Shown here piece by piece: positions 14,064-27,315 of a stretch of 64,000 nucleotides of DNA. Positions within the stretch are counted from its first letter, which is position 1, and every line of letters starts with the position of its first letter. Origin of the DNA: Podarcis melisellensis. Its lineage: Eukaryota. The notes beneath the pieces were generated by a model. It was not told where the DNA came from, made no database searches, and saw nothing but the letters and a program-made list of their open reading frames with translations. Where the stretch lies: the NCBI GenBank assembly GCA_964234715.1, contig OZ174279.1; one strand, written 5' to 3'. The position numbers and the translations under genes are program-made.

Positions 14064-14686
14064 TGTCATGGGCCCCTCGGCTTTGTCATGGGCCCCTCGG
14101 TTTGGCAGCCCCAAGACATTGAGCATGAGGATGAGGAGGAAGGAAATGGAGCAGAGGGGAAAGTTAAAGGCTGTACCCAGGGATGGGGGTGCGGAGGTTC
14201 TCCACTTTTGACTCCCAAGTGCCAGAGAATGGGAAGTCCATCTGCTGGCTCTCTCTGCCACACCTCCTTAAGAGCACAGAGCTTCCTTGAGAGGGAGGGA
14301 GGACCTTGACCAGCTCGTGGGGACAGGTGCACAGGAGGCAGTGTGAGCAGAACCAAAGTCAGAAAGCAGGACACAGTAATTGAGAACCAGGGCCTGTCTC
14401 CATAGATGTGTTCAGACGCATCCACCCAGATGAACCATGGGTGGCATTCCCCCAAAATGAGGTAGTCTCATGAGTGAGCTTGCCACACCTCGACTTCAAA
14501 AGCTGGGTGAGAGAGGCACACAAACTGTTGGGACATCTTTGTTGCTTTCATTCGGTTCTGAATCTCTTCCCTTGCTCTTATACTTTGTAGTGTTACTAGC
14601 CCAAATAAAGAACTCTTTCTTGCACGTAAAAGCCTCTGCCCATGGTGGACTTGGGGTCTCAGATTTCAGCGGTGCCCTGCGTGACA
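14064..14686 (+). mobile_element. Solo LTR (Gypsy-like)
   Basis: TGTCA...TGACA termini, AATAAA at ~14604, flank caac/caaa; first 20 bp duplicated. Confidence 0.7.
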
Positions 14687-15263
14687 CAAAAATTCGGTGC
14701 CCTCCAGCCCTCCACCCCTCACGATCCATTCTAAATCAAAGTTGCAACATCCCTTGAGGCTCCACACCCAGTGCAACCCAACCAGTCATGCTCCCCTAAA
14801 TCTGCCTGCCTCTCTCAGTGTTTTGGACAGAAGCTGGACATGAGTTGGCATGGCAGGAGTGGAGCAGGGCACCTGGAAGCAGCTGGTGTAAGATGCTGGG
14901 AAACTGTAGTTAGTGTGGTGGGGCAGAGTCACAGAGTTGCCTTCCTGACACTGGTACCACCGCTGGCAATAGCTTACTTGAAGGGGAAGAGTGTGGTGAG
15001 GTGAGGCAGCAGCAAGGCTGGGGCTGGATGGACATGCGGACAAGAGGATTGGAACAGCTCCATTGGTACGTCTTGACAGCCTCCACCTCACTGTCACTGT
15101 GTTTCAGCCTTATCCAGGTAAGATGTAGTGATTTCAGGAGGGTGACTCTGAGGCTCTGCCCCATGACATCAGACGCTACTGTTGCCAGCTACTGACCCTT
15201 GGGCTTTGGGCTGAAATATAGTGACTTTATCCACTATACAGGAGGGAAAAGGAGCTAGAGGAG

Positions 15264-15603
15264 AGTATACATGAAGGAACGTCTCCACCCCCATTGTTCA
15301 GCCCAGACACTGAGGTCCAGCTCTGAGGGCCTTCTGGTGGTTCCCTCCCTGTGAGAAGTGAGGTTACAGGGAACCAGGCAGAGGGCCTTCTCTGTAGTGG
15401 CGCCCGCCCTGTGGAACACCCTCCCATCAGATGTCAAGGAAATAAACAACTATCTGACTTTTAGAAGATATCTGGGGGCAGCTCTGTTTAGGGAAGGTTT
15501 TAATGACTGATGTTTTAATGTATTTTTAATATTTTGTTGGAAGCTGCCCAGAGTGGCTGGGGAAACCCAGGCAGATGGGCGGGGTATAAATTATTATTAT
15601 CAT
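15264..15603 (+). mobile_element. L2 LINE 3' fragment
   Basis: Homologous to the other L2 copies. Confidence 0.9.
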
Positions 15604-15995
15604 CATTAATCCCAGCAGAAAAATAGTCAGAGTGGAAAGGTTCAAGTCATTCTTCCCAGCACGAGGGTTTTCCTAGGCAGATTGCAGCTTCTGCAGCTTC
15701 TGAAGCTCCATTTTGTTTTGTTTTCACGCGGAGATGGAGCGTCTGAGATTGTTTCAGCCCAAATCTTCCTGACACGGAGGATTTGCTTTTCCCCTGATAT
15801 AAAATATTCCTAGATTAAGCATTCTGTTGGAGTTGAATTACTAACATACTATTCATCACACATCAAAAAAAGAGAGAAAAGTGGGGCTTATATTTTAAAA
15901 TGGCATGGTTCTGATGTATTCTTTCTTCAGTCAACCAAAACGAAATTTAAACACAATCTTGCCTGTATTTCTTATGCAATCAACCAAGACCAAAT

Positions 15996-16000
<5 letters not shown>

Positions 16001-16048
<48 letters not shown>
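16001..16048. repeat. (TC)n microsatellite
   Basis: Directly visible. Confidence 0.95.
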
Positions 16049-16051
<3 letters not shown>

Positions 16052-16657
16052 TCCAGTCTCTTTTTCAATGAAGAGGTTCTACTCAGCCGGTCAATTCTTA
16101 TCACTGGCAAAAGCACTTACCATTTCATTCTTTACGGAAAGTGTTATTTAATTTCAGAGCTTTATATCCTTTTGTAGGAGGAAGCGGTGGCGCTAGACTG
16201 GTTTTGTCCTGCTGTAAATATCCATGCATCATGGTTGGATTAACTTACATTATTAATTTCATCTCTTTCTCTGCTTCTCCTGCCTGGTGCCCTTTTTCAG
16301 ATTCATGCTAAATAAAATCAATATCTTATTTTTTTGTGAAAGATCACACAGTGTAAATCCATACACACCGGGCTGCTTCAAGAACAAGAATTTAATTTCA
16401 TCAGGAGGTAAATTCCACACTTAATTTGCTCAAATATTTTTTTTATATATAAATATCATGGGGAATGCTCCATTGTTCATATAAAGATTAATGAGTAAGA
16501 GCAAGCTGTTCAACAAATAAAAAGTCTTATGCTTTCTCTTCCTACCTTTTTGGAAGGTTTAGCCTTGCAAAACCATGCAGAAGCAGCATTTCCACTGTAG
16601 TGGGCAGCACTTTTGCTGCAGCAGTAGATGGAAGACGTTTCTTATTAGAGAATATTT

Positions 16658-16852
16658 GGGGAAGGGCTGCAGCTCAGGGGCAGATCATCTGCTTTCCATT
16701 CAGAAGGTCCTAGCTTTAGTCCTTGGCAAGTCCAGTAAGGCTGGGAGAGACATCTTGCCTCTGAAACACTCAGCAGCCAGCCAGCACAGGCAATAGTTAG
16801 CTAGATGAACTGGTGGTCTGACTCAGTAGAAGGTAGCTACAAATATGTTCCT
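16658..16852 (+). mobile_element. Squam2-like tRNA-derived SINE
   Basis: tRNA-like head gggctgcagctcagggg...; homologous to 56638-56831 and 43958-44130. Confidence 0.7.
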
Positions 16853-16868
16853 GTGTACTTATTACAGC

Positions 16869-17517
16869 TGTGCACAGCCTGCTAATAGGTCTTAGGCCCC
16901 CAACCTGGTGCTTCAGATCAGGCCAACTCAACCCATGCTGACCTGGAGACCACCACCTAAGATCTAGCCCTGAATGAACTCAGGAGCAGGCCTTGTTGGG
17001 TTTGCAGCCAAATCACAAATGCATGTTTTGCTAGACAAGTACAGGGCTAGTACACAGAGAGTACTTCCTAGAGAGGACACTCTGTGAGCTCACTTCCCCT
17101 GCCACTTCCAGGTGGGAATTCTGTGACAAAGGAGATAATCTTTTATATTTCCTCCTGCCTCTGAGGAGATTCTCTTTCCACCATGCTTCCAAACTGAGCA
17201 GGCATGTGTCTGAGAGCTTGAGACACACATAACCTATTTTGAAGCCAGCTTTTGTATTTTTGCACCTGAAAAGTTTTATCGCCTGTATTGTATTTGCTGC
17301 CTGCATTGAAATATAAGTAAACCTTTTTTGTTTATCTTACTACAAGAGGTTGGTTCATTCTCTGCAATAGGGATAAAGAGGAGGTCAGCAGATGGCAAAT
17401 GGAAGATAAAAAGTGTAATTGCCTAATTTCTAAGTTTTAATCATCTGCAAAAAAGTATGTGTTTTATTGTGCTAAAAAGCTTCACAACCCACTTGCTTTT
17501 TATATTTTCTCCATACA
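16869..17517 (+). mobile_element. Possible old solo LTR
   Basis: LTR-like composition, AGTAAA signal at ~17316, TG..CA ends possible; no TSD found. Confidence 0.3.
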
Positions 17518-17559
17518 TGTGGGGTAAGATGTTTAAATTTTAATCCTCAATACATCTCC

Positions 17560-18695
17560 CACATAAACAATACGACTATGACAGCCATTAGAAATGTGGT
17601 TTAGCTCTTAAAATATTATCTAGGGTTTGCATCTGAGGCCTTAGTCTTTGTAATGCTAGGCTTGTTCCCTGAGTTTTATGGCAGCAGCGCAAAATTTGGC
17701 CACCCTTAGCATGATCTCTGTATCCTTATCCTCTATCAGGGATTCTAAGCATTGAGGTTCAGATCCACCTGGAATTTTCTGTATAACAGGGGTGATAAAG
17801 ACCGAGCATATATCATAAAACCGACATCATAGCAAGACATGAGAGACGGTTTCCACCTCTATCAGGCTGCTGGGGCAGACTCGCTCCACATATGGTTTAC
17901 CCACATATCTGCCCTGCAATAAGGCAGATGGCAGCACGTTGAATCTAGTGAGGGTGAACAACCGTCTATATTTAGATATTTGTAATTTTGACAGATATAT
18001 TGCTGGGGTAAAACCTCTCCCATTATTTTTGATTGCTGGATGCTTATTCATCTCACTCACATGACACTGAAATTCTACGTCCCAGATTCGTTGACAAATT
18101 GTTGCTCTGGCTTTCTCATAACCTACGGCTATCAGTGCCTGTGGTGAAAATCCCATGCCTTTCAGCTTTTTGTATAATGTAGTTTTCCATTTTGATTGAT
18201 AAGGATCCAGTAGGGTTAAGGGTGCCAACCCAACAGGAAAGAAGATGAGTTTAACCAGCAATGGATCTCTAGGATCCATATCCAAGCGCTAACAGGGATT
18301 TGGCTGACCTCCAAGCGGACAGCTATATTAGACACGCAAGACAGGATCCCTAGAAGGGAAAGATAAAACTTGGTTTGAAAGGTTTCTAAGGGATCAAGCT
18401 TTTGAGAGCTGCAGATCTAGGAACCATAAGTCAGTTGTGATAGTACCTTTGCAGCAAAGACCCGCGAGGCTGACGGAATATATTTGCCGCCTTTTCCATT
18501 AAAAAAAAACAAACCTTATGATAGCTTTAGAGGATCTTTGAGCATTGGCAATAGTGTTTTGAACGTGACCGTTCCATGAACCCTTTTCCTGAAAGGTTAT
18601 GCCCAGATATTTAAAGGATGATACCTGTTCAATGAGTCGATTGTCAATTACCCATTTGTGTCTCGATCGTTTTTGGGAAAACTTTACAAACTTTC
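17560..18695 (-). mobile_element. RTE-X/L2-group non-LTR retrotransposon ORF2 3' fragment (degraded)
   Basis: Minus-strand IEQVSSFKYLGITF RT motif (~18595-18640) and C-terminal RRLFTLTRFNVLPSALLQGRY..ERVCP..ETVSHVLL (ORF 17827-18285). Confidence 0.8.
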
Positions 18696-20586
18696 CCTTT
18701 CCCCATCTCCTCCCTTCTACACTTAGAGCATCTATACCATGCCTTTTCGCAAAAAAAGCCGAAACAACAACAACAACTCTCTGAGCAGCTTACAAAAATC
18801 AGTACTGAAACGGTCCCTGTCCTCAGGTTCACAATCTAAAAAGAAATGACACACAAGGGAAAAAAGAATGCAGGGGAGGGAGGGGGGAAGCAAGCTCAAG
18901 CACAACTTCTCAATACAGTTATTTCTCTGCATGGATATTTACAAAGCAAGGACTGGCGCATGAGAAAATGTGATTGGATGTGGAAAATGTGCACATATTC
19001 CGGGGCAATAGAAATTGGTAGCTGGAAGCAGGTACTACTGAGAAATAGCTGGCTCACAGAAGAGATATCCAGATATGGAACGTGAAGGTCTATGAAGCTA
19101 AAAGCTCAAGTTTCATGTTGCCAACTTGAAAAGCCAAAGAAATCAATCACCACTGTTCAAAGTTGCTGTGGGAATGACATTTTGGGCTAGGACAAAAGAG
19201 AAGGCCACCTTCAGACAATTTCAAAGGTGTGTGGGTATGTGTGCGTGAAGTATTATCTACATTTTATTCTGCAGCCATAGAGGTAGGCGCAAGAAGAATT
19301 ATGAGGCCCCATTTTGGTCAAGAAAATGCCACAGGCGCAAGGACTTGAGGAATTCACACACTACGCTGCCATTAATACCTGAGAAAAGGACTTATTCATC
19401 ATAGTTTAATGCATTACATGCAGAACACCCCAGTCCAATTCCTAACATCTCCAGGTAGGGAGGAGAAGGATTCCCTGTCAGATGTTTGCTCTCCATGATT
19501 TCAGTAAGAGTAGACTATTCGGGGGGGGGGGGGGGTCCAACACTAAATGAACCAGTATAAGGGACCCCTTGTGGGGGCTTTGCATGACTTGTTGTAGGGC
19601 CCACAACTCGTCTCAAGTTAAGCATTACTAAGTCCTGTTGCAACCAGGGAAACAAGTTATTCACCACAAATAACTCCTTCTGCAATCAGACAAGCCCTGA
19701 TGTTGGGATGCCGTCACGTGATTTCAAAAATCACCATATGATCCTCTTTGTAAGCGCAGACATTGGTTGACAGTAATGATTAAGACCAGCCAGCTGCAGG
19801 CAATGTTCACTAATAGGGATTCAGGGTAGGCGACGGTTGTGACAACTTGAGATTCAAGTGCTATAAAAAGACAAGGATTATGTAAATGTCTTGAATAGAA
19901 AACTATTTGCAAAAAAATGTTGCTGTCCCCAATGCTGCTAAGAAAAAAAGAAAACCCCAAGATGGATATCTCAGGCCATCTTAATCTTCCCTACTTCGGG
20001 TAAAAAATAATAAACCTTCTCCAAAGACTTTGAACAGATGGAGAATAAAAACAATTCCTCAGGTGGATGCCTGTTGAGACTTTATGGCACCCAGGAACCT
20101 TTTCTTTTATTTTCAGCTTATTTGATCTATGTAGGCAGACCACCTGCCGCATATTTCAAGAAACTGTCCACTTCTTAAAATATATACCTGATGTTTGTTG
20201 TTCCGGATAAGTGTCAGTACTCACTTCACATGCCCCTTACTCTAAAAACTCAGTGGCCATGTGTTGCATGGTTTTGTGTTTTTTTAAAAAATAAAAATAA
20301 TATTGTCTTTTAAACTAAATTTTAATAGTGCATTTTGTCAGCAGCAACATACTTGTGTTCAGCTCTGAACTGGAGAAGTTGTACCCCTTGCTTAAAACAC
20401 ATCTTTCTGCCCTGGGAATAATTCCAAGTGCTTTGTGGAAGCCAAATGAAGGAAGGTCTCAGTGGACACTTTTATATGTACTCTTGGGCACTCAAGTCCC
20501 TTTATATCTTCACAGGGTTGGCCCTAGCATTAGGTAGCATGAGGGGAGCTCTTTAATTGGCAGATGCTAGGATGGTGGTAGCCTCC

Positions 20587-20589
<3 letters not shown>

Positions 20590-20654
<65 letters not shown>
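20590..20654. repeat. (TC)n(AC)n microsatellite
   Basis: Directly visible. Confidence 0.95.
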
Positions 20655-20799
20655 AACATTCTGCTTGAGGTCCATGGCTGCATTCCTCCTCCTGCACTGG
20701 CGTCCTTGCCGCAGTTAAATCTGCTTGGCCGAGTGCCTGTTTTGCTTAGCTTTTCTCCCCACACCTCATAGACAGTGTTATCGGAAAAGGCCCCTGATG

Positions 20800-21303
20800 A
20801 GAAGAAGAAGAAGAAGAAGAAGAAGAAGAAGAAGAAGAAGAAGAAGAAGAAGAAGAAGAAGCAGCAGCAGCTGCTATACCCCGCCAATCTGGCTCAGTCT
20901 CCCCAGCCACTCTGGGCAGCTCCCAACAGAGTACTAAAAACACAATAAAAGATCAAACATTAAAAGCTTCCCTAAACAGAGCTGCCTTCAGATGTCTTCT
21001 AAAAGTCAGATAGTTGTTTATTTCCTTGACATCTGATGGGAGGGCGTTCCACAGGGCAGGCACTATTACCGAGAAGGCCTCTGCCTGGTTCACTGTAATC
21101 TCACTTCTCGCAGGGAGGGAACTGCCAGGAGGCCCTTGGTGCTGGACTTCAGTGTCTGGGCTGGATGATGGGGGTGGAGATATTCCTTTGGGTATACTGG
21201 GCCGAGGCCATTTAGGGCTTTAAAGGTCAGCACCAACCCTTTGAACTGTACTCGGAAACGTACTGGGAGCCGATGTAAGTCTTTCAGGACTGGTGTTATG
21301 TGG
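20800..21303 (-). mobile_element. L2 LINE 3' fragment with (TTC)n tail
   Basis: Homologous to 63538-64000; plus-strand (AGA)n at 20800-20860. Confidence 0.9.
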
Positions 21304-23740
21304 TTCCCCCATCATGTTTCATGTAGCAAAAGTGAGCAGTCTTTCTTGGCTCTGTCAGAAGTTGCAAGGGATTGATCTGGGACCTTCTGAAAGCCTGATC
21401 CCATGTGCTTCCCGTGCACCCTATAGATAAGGATAGGTTGAAAGCAGATTCAGCTGAACCAAACCAGAAGGATGGTTTTCACATACATCTGCAGCATAAG
21501 ATGACTACACAAAGTCACCTTGTGATGAAGACCTGATTATGTAAATTCTGCTTTAATCCAAAAAAAAAAAAGAGGAAAGTGTAAGATATAATGGAAGGTT
21601 TCCCTCCCTCTTGCTTTCATCACCCACTTCCTTCAAGTGAGAATAATTAATCGTTAGAACAATTTGCCATGGAAATATGGCAAATTCCCCAGCAGCCTTT
21701 CCGCGAAGATTGGATCTTCCTTTGCAGTTTTAGGGCATGCTGAGAGGGAGGGCAAAAATAACATTATGACCTCTATTATGCAAAGAAAAGTTGATACTGC
21801 TGGTAACTTTGGTCCCTAGAAATCAATGGTTTTATTAAGAAGGCAAGAAGAAACGTTAAGTAGGATGTAATTTAGTTGCCTGGAGAAGAGAGAGATGGCC
21901 TAACACAACAGTCCCGATGTAGGCTGGGTCACAATAATGGAGGCAATATTTAAATAGAAAGGAGACTGATTGAAATTGGAATTTTTTTTATGCAGCTCAT
22001 GCTTAACATCCAGAGCTCTTGGCTTCGAGGCATTATGAAGGCACACAAACTTGGCAGAGATTTGCAGAAGGATAAGGGATTTATCAGACTAAGAACAAAG
22101 AACAGGCTGCTTTTTGTGCTAATCAGATGGCATTCTTATTTAAATGGGGTTCTTATCCTTTATTAAAATCTGTGCTGAACTATTAGCCTTGATATTATCT
22201 CGTGGCAACCAGGGCCTCATGGAAAGTTCCTCCAAAGTTGATTTCAAACTTCCCTTTTGCTCCCCCTTGGTTTTGGATGAAGTCCATAACCTCAGGGAGT
22301 AACTGTATGCTGATTTATGTGTGTCTCATTTTGATTTCATGCTATTATTGGGCCATTTCCATAATTCTGTTGAAATCAGACACTGCTCATTTAAAGTTAC
22401 CTACAGCAGAACAGCAACCTCCCCACTTCATCTAACTTTATATGGAGATCATTTAAAGGGGGTTGCATTTATGGGGAAATGCAATCTTTTTCTGCTGTGT
22501 TGACTGGGGCAGAGCAGATGCTGGACAAGTCTGATTAGTTCCTCTGTTTAAAATAAGATCTTCTGTCGGAAGGGTGCTGGATTAAATTGTTACACTGACC
22601 CTCTATTTTAGGGATGGGGGCAGAGTTCTGCTCCAGCTGGAATCCAGAGTCCCAAGTGAGGCAGAAGAATGCACACTCAATGAGCAGTTTGAAGGGTGAA
22701 TTTCACAGTGTGCTCTAGAAATAGGCAGGCCTTGCACAGCTTGGTTTAGTAGGCTAACGATGTGCCTATGACATCGCAAAGGGGTGACACGGGGTGGTGG
22801 TAGATGCAACTGCAAAGGCCTTGGGACACATACAATTCAAATTTCCACAATCCACTCAGGTGTTTTGACCAAGCAGGGGGGGGGGCGAATCTATTTGAAA
22901 TTCTGCCCAAATCACAAGTCAGGAGACTGCTGTTCAGCTCCGGGGCTGTTTTTGGGCTTCCCATAGGCATCTGGTTGGGCAAAGTGAGAACAGAATGCTG
23001 GACTCAAGAGACCTTTGGTCTGATCCAATATGGCTCTTTTTATATAATGCTGCCACCACTCTGTCTGCCACTACCACTAGTGGCCATTGTCTCTGTCCAC
23101 CCTAAATACCCAGTTCCCATGTGGTTTTTTTTAAAGTGAAAATTCAGGTTCTTAAAAATCAAATTGTCCTTCATCAATTGACAATCCCAGGTAGGGTCAT
23201 ATCACAAAAACTAAACAGTGACATTAAATTCAAAGAGCGGGCAGGCTTTCCCCTTTCACATCTTGTTTATGTCTTTGCAACTATGTAATCTCAACCGACC
23301 AGAAAACTTCCACATTTCCTGTGAAAGCCAGTGCTGAGGTATGGAAAGGGAGACATTTTTCTATCTAAGCTTCACTTGATGCTCACACTGAAAAGGTTCT
23401 GTGCCCACATTTAGGCTCACATCAGATGAACTTATAAAGTCCATGAGTGGAGGGTGGGGAGAGAGAGGGAAGTCTTGGAATGAGCCAGTCTGATAGTCCT
23501 GCTGGTGCATTTGAACCATACCAGCTTCCCTGCCAATGTTGCCTCTTCCCCTCTACCTCCCTTTAAGCAACAGAGATGCAACTGGCTAGGGGCCGCAACA
23601 AACCACCTGCAATTGGAGTTGCTCTCCTGAGGATCATAGTGACCAGGGAAAAGTACACAAAGACAGAAAACCTTGTTCCATGTTTGTCAAGGCTTTAGAT
23701 ACTACTACTACTACTACTACTAATAATAATAATAATAATA

Positions 23741-24696
23741 CAGTGGTACCTTGGTTCTCAAACATAATCCATTCCGGAAGTCCATTCCAAAACCAAGGCA
23801 CACTTTCCCATAGAAAGTAGTGCAAAACGGATTAATCCATTTCAAACTTTTAAAAACAAAGCTTAAAACAGCAATTTAACATGAATTTTACTATCTAACG
23901 AGACCACTGATCCATAAAATGAAAGCAATAATCAATGTTCTGTAAAGGTAAAGGGACCCCTGAACATTAGGTCCAGTCATGGCTGACTCTGGGGTTGCGG
24001 CGCTCATCTTGCTTTATTGGCCAAGGGAGCCGGCGTACAGCTTCCGGGTCATGTGGCCAGCATGACTAAGCCGCTTCTGGCGAAACAGAGCAGCACACGG
24101 AAATGCTGTTTACCTTCCCACCAGAGTGGTACCTATTTATCTACTTGCACTTTGACATGCTTTCGAACTGCTAGGTTGGCAGGAGTAGGGACCGAGCAAC
24201 AGGAGCTCACCCCGTTGCAGATATTCGAACCACCAACCTTCTGATCGGCAAGTCCTAGGCTCTGTGGTTAAATAAATAAGACAGTATTGTAGATGATAAA
24301 AATACAATTTATTTATTTTTTCTTACCTGCACTGATGATAGTCCTTGTTTGGATGGGGGGCTTTTATCCATTTTCACAGTCACACAATCAATCAATCAAT
24401 CAATCAGTAGCTGAACTTCACAAAAACAAATTAACCGAAAAAGCCTCAAAAACAAAAACGCAAAATAAATAGCAAAAACAAAAGCACCAAACTTAATCCG
24501 CTCTGGAAGTCCATTTGACTTCCATAATGTTCAGAAACCAAGGCACAGCTTCTGATTGGTGCAGGCGCCCCGGAAACAATAGCTGACCACTGCAGCAGAC
24601 GTTCGGCTTCTGAAAAAAACATTTGAAAACCAGAACACTTGCTTCCAGGTTTTCAGCGTTTGGGAACCAAGGCATTTGAGAACCAAGGTACCACAG
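23741..24696. mobile_element. Tc1/pogo (Tigger-like) non-autonomous transposon
   Basis: TA|cagtggtaccttggttctcaaa ... tttgagaaccaaggtaccacag|TA. Confidence 0.85.
23944..24270 (-). mobile_element. Sauria SINE (Squam1), nested in Tigger-like element
   Basis: (ACCTTT)n tail; closely similar to 35691-36035 but lacks the first ~25 nt. Confidence 0.9.
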
Positions 24697-25566
24697 TAGT
24701 AACAATAATATTTTTACCTTGCTCATCTGGCTGGGTTGTCCAAGTCTTCAAACCTGTCTTGGTAGCACTTTGGTGGTCAGTATCCTCTTCTAGCACAGGT
24801 ATCCTGTCCCTTCAACAGCCTTGTCTCCACCAGGTGATTTTTACCTGCTTTGCCCCCCTCAAGGTGAACTTCAAGACAAGAAATAAGCCTGGCTGGAGGT
24901 GGGGAGCAGCTGAAGGGAACCACAAATGCCCTCCCTTATATTCCAATTGCAGAGATGATATGCAGCTCTACCCTTAAAATGTATTAGGGACACCTAAAAC
25001 GTGATGTGTGAAATGGCAATCAGAGGCAGATGGTGCCGGAAAGGCTGATATCAAACCAGCGGCCTGTAAAGGTTGAATCCAGCGATATCTGTGCCCTGGG
25101 ACTTATAGAAGGCATATTCTGGTTCCATCCCAAAGTATACTGCATGCAAGTTCCATAATGGCCCAGGTCATTCAAGATCAGTGTCAAAGTCACATGTGAG
25201 TACAGAAGGAACAAGCAGGAGTGCTTGCGGCTCAGTCATCAATCTGCTGTCAGGCCTCCTTGCTTCTTGGCATGCTACGTAAAAAGGTGGGTGGGGGGAG
25301 GAAGAGGGGAAAGCCACATTACGTCAAGCTCTGTCTATGGAGCTGCCACTTTCCCAAAAGTACACACTTAGCCTTGGGAGGCTCAGAACAATGTTGGGAA
25401 TAAACCTATTTTTTAAAAAGAAACAACCTGAGACTACAAGGGGGAAAAAGAGAAGCGTAAGATAAAAGAAAAGGGAACCAAGAAACTGAATAGTTAAGAA
25501 CCCAGAACTGCAGGTACCAGTAATTTGCTGGGTTTAGAAACAATGTACCACATCATGATAGGATTG

Positions 25567-25817
25567 CAGTTGTACCTTGGAAGTTGAACGGAATCCATTC
25601 GGAAAGTCCATTCGACTTCCAAAACATTTGAAAACCAACTTGTGGTTTCCGATTGGCTGCAGGAAGCTCCTGTGGCCAATCAGAAGCTGCAGAAGCCCTG
25701 TCGGACATTCAGGTTCCAGAAGAATGTTCACAAACCAGAACAATCACTTCCAGGTTTACGGTGTTCAGGAGCCAAAATGTCAGAGTTCCAGGGCGTTTGG
25801 GATCCAAGGTACGACTG
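25567..25817. mobile_element. Tigger-like MITE
   Basis: cagttgtaccttgga...tccaaggtacgactg|TA; homolog at 48129-48358. Confidence 0.85.
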
Positions 25818-26938
25818 TACGTCAAAGTTTACTGCAATGCAGTAAATCCCATGTCGATTTTTGAGCTGATCCCTCCCAAATGCAGAGGTAGTGTCTGATG
25901 GGGTGGAGACATGCAGCTGCCTTCCTGCCACTGTCATGGATAGAACAGGGTGGCAGCAAGGTCAGGACTAAGTAGGTTCTCCAGAAGTCCATCTGGCACT
26001 CTCACCAGTGTGTCTGCACAGCCCTGAACTCACCACTGCCTCATCCCAGCAAGGTGTATCTTAGCAGACAATACTCCTCACCTTATGGAAATAAATAAAT
26101 AAATAAATACGGCCATGCTTAATAAGTCTGCAGGGAAAGGGTCAATGATTAACGTGTGCATACACAGGTAAGCAGCATCTAGCATTGCTGCTTTCTGGAA
26201 ACACAACTGGTTAGCATTGTGCAGGACCCAAAGAGGCAAATTTTAAGGCTTGGGGAAAGCAGAACAAATAAAATACCTGACTCACTTATGCAATGGCTCA
26301 GCCACTCTGAAAACCACATTTTTAATACCCATTCATGCCATCTGTAGGTATCTTGCCAGTGATCGATAAGTGATTCAAAAGGTTTTGTTTTGTTCTACAT
26401 GTTCCTTTAAGTGAAAGGCCACTCAAATAATTTATACTCTTCTTCCCTCTCCATGCATGAATGCCCTTCTGATCCATTCAAGTCAAATGGAGTTTTGCCA
26501 TTTGCTTCAACGGGGCATAGGCTGCCTCCAAATTAATTAACATCTACGAGTAAAATAATTATAATACAGTAGATGAAATCAGCAATTGTTCCTTTTTACT
26601 TCAATTAGTTTTAAATCAAAGAAAGAGAAGAGCACAAGGGTGCTTTATATGTAGATTTCCCTTCCCATTTGGATTGGAGGGGAATATTTATTTTAACTTG
26701 ATATCAACCTTTTAAAACTGTTGCATTTTTATTTTTGGCTAGAAAAATAATTTTTACGTGGGTGCAATGGGAGTCAATAAACACTTTGGATCCATGCCAG
26801 CTTCAGTGTTTCAGAGCAATCAGGCAAAGCATCCTTAGTGAGCACTGTGCAGCCGCTTGGCTAAAGATTTGCTTGTGCTGCCTCTATCTATCTTGGGTGG
26901 TGCTATGAAAACATAACAATTTGCGACCACATAAAAAA

Positions 26939-27255
26939 ATCTGAAAGAACATCTCTACTCCCATCATTCAACCTGGACACTGAGGTCCAGCGCCAAGGGC
27001 CTTCTGGCGATCCCCTCGTTTCAAGAAGCGAAGTTACAGGGAACCAAGCAGAGGGCCTTCTTGGTTGTGGTGCCCACCCTGTGGAACGCCCTCCCATCAG
27101 ATGTCAATGAAATAAGCAACTATCTGATGTTTAGAAGACATCTGAAGGCAGTCCTGTTTAGGGAAGTTTTTAATGACTGATGTCTTAATGTATTTTTAAT
27201 CTTTTGTTAGAAGCTGCTCAGAGTGGCTGGGGAAACCCAGCCAGATGGGCAGGGT

Positions 27256-27315
<60 letters not shown>
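26939..27315 (+). mobile_element. L2 LINE 3' fragment with (AAT)n tail
   Basis: Homologous to the other L2 copies. Confidence 0.9.

Noticed and set aside
20793-20801. CTGATGA hammerhead core (also at 12235, 24332, 27960, 39397)
   Set aside because: No stem II plus GAAA and closing stems found nearby.
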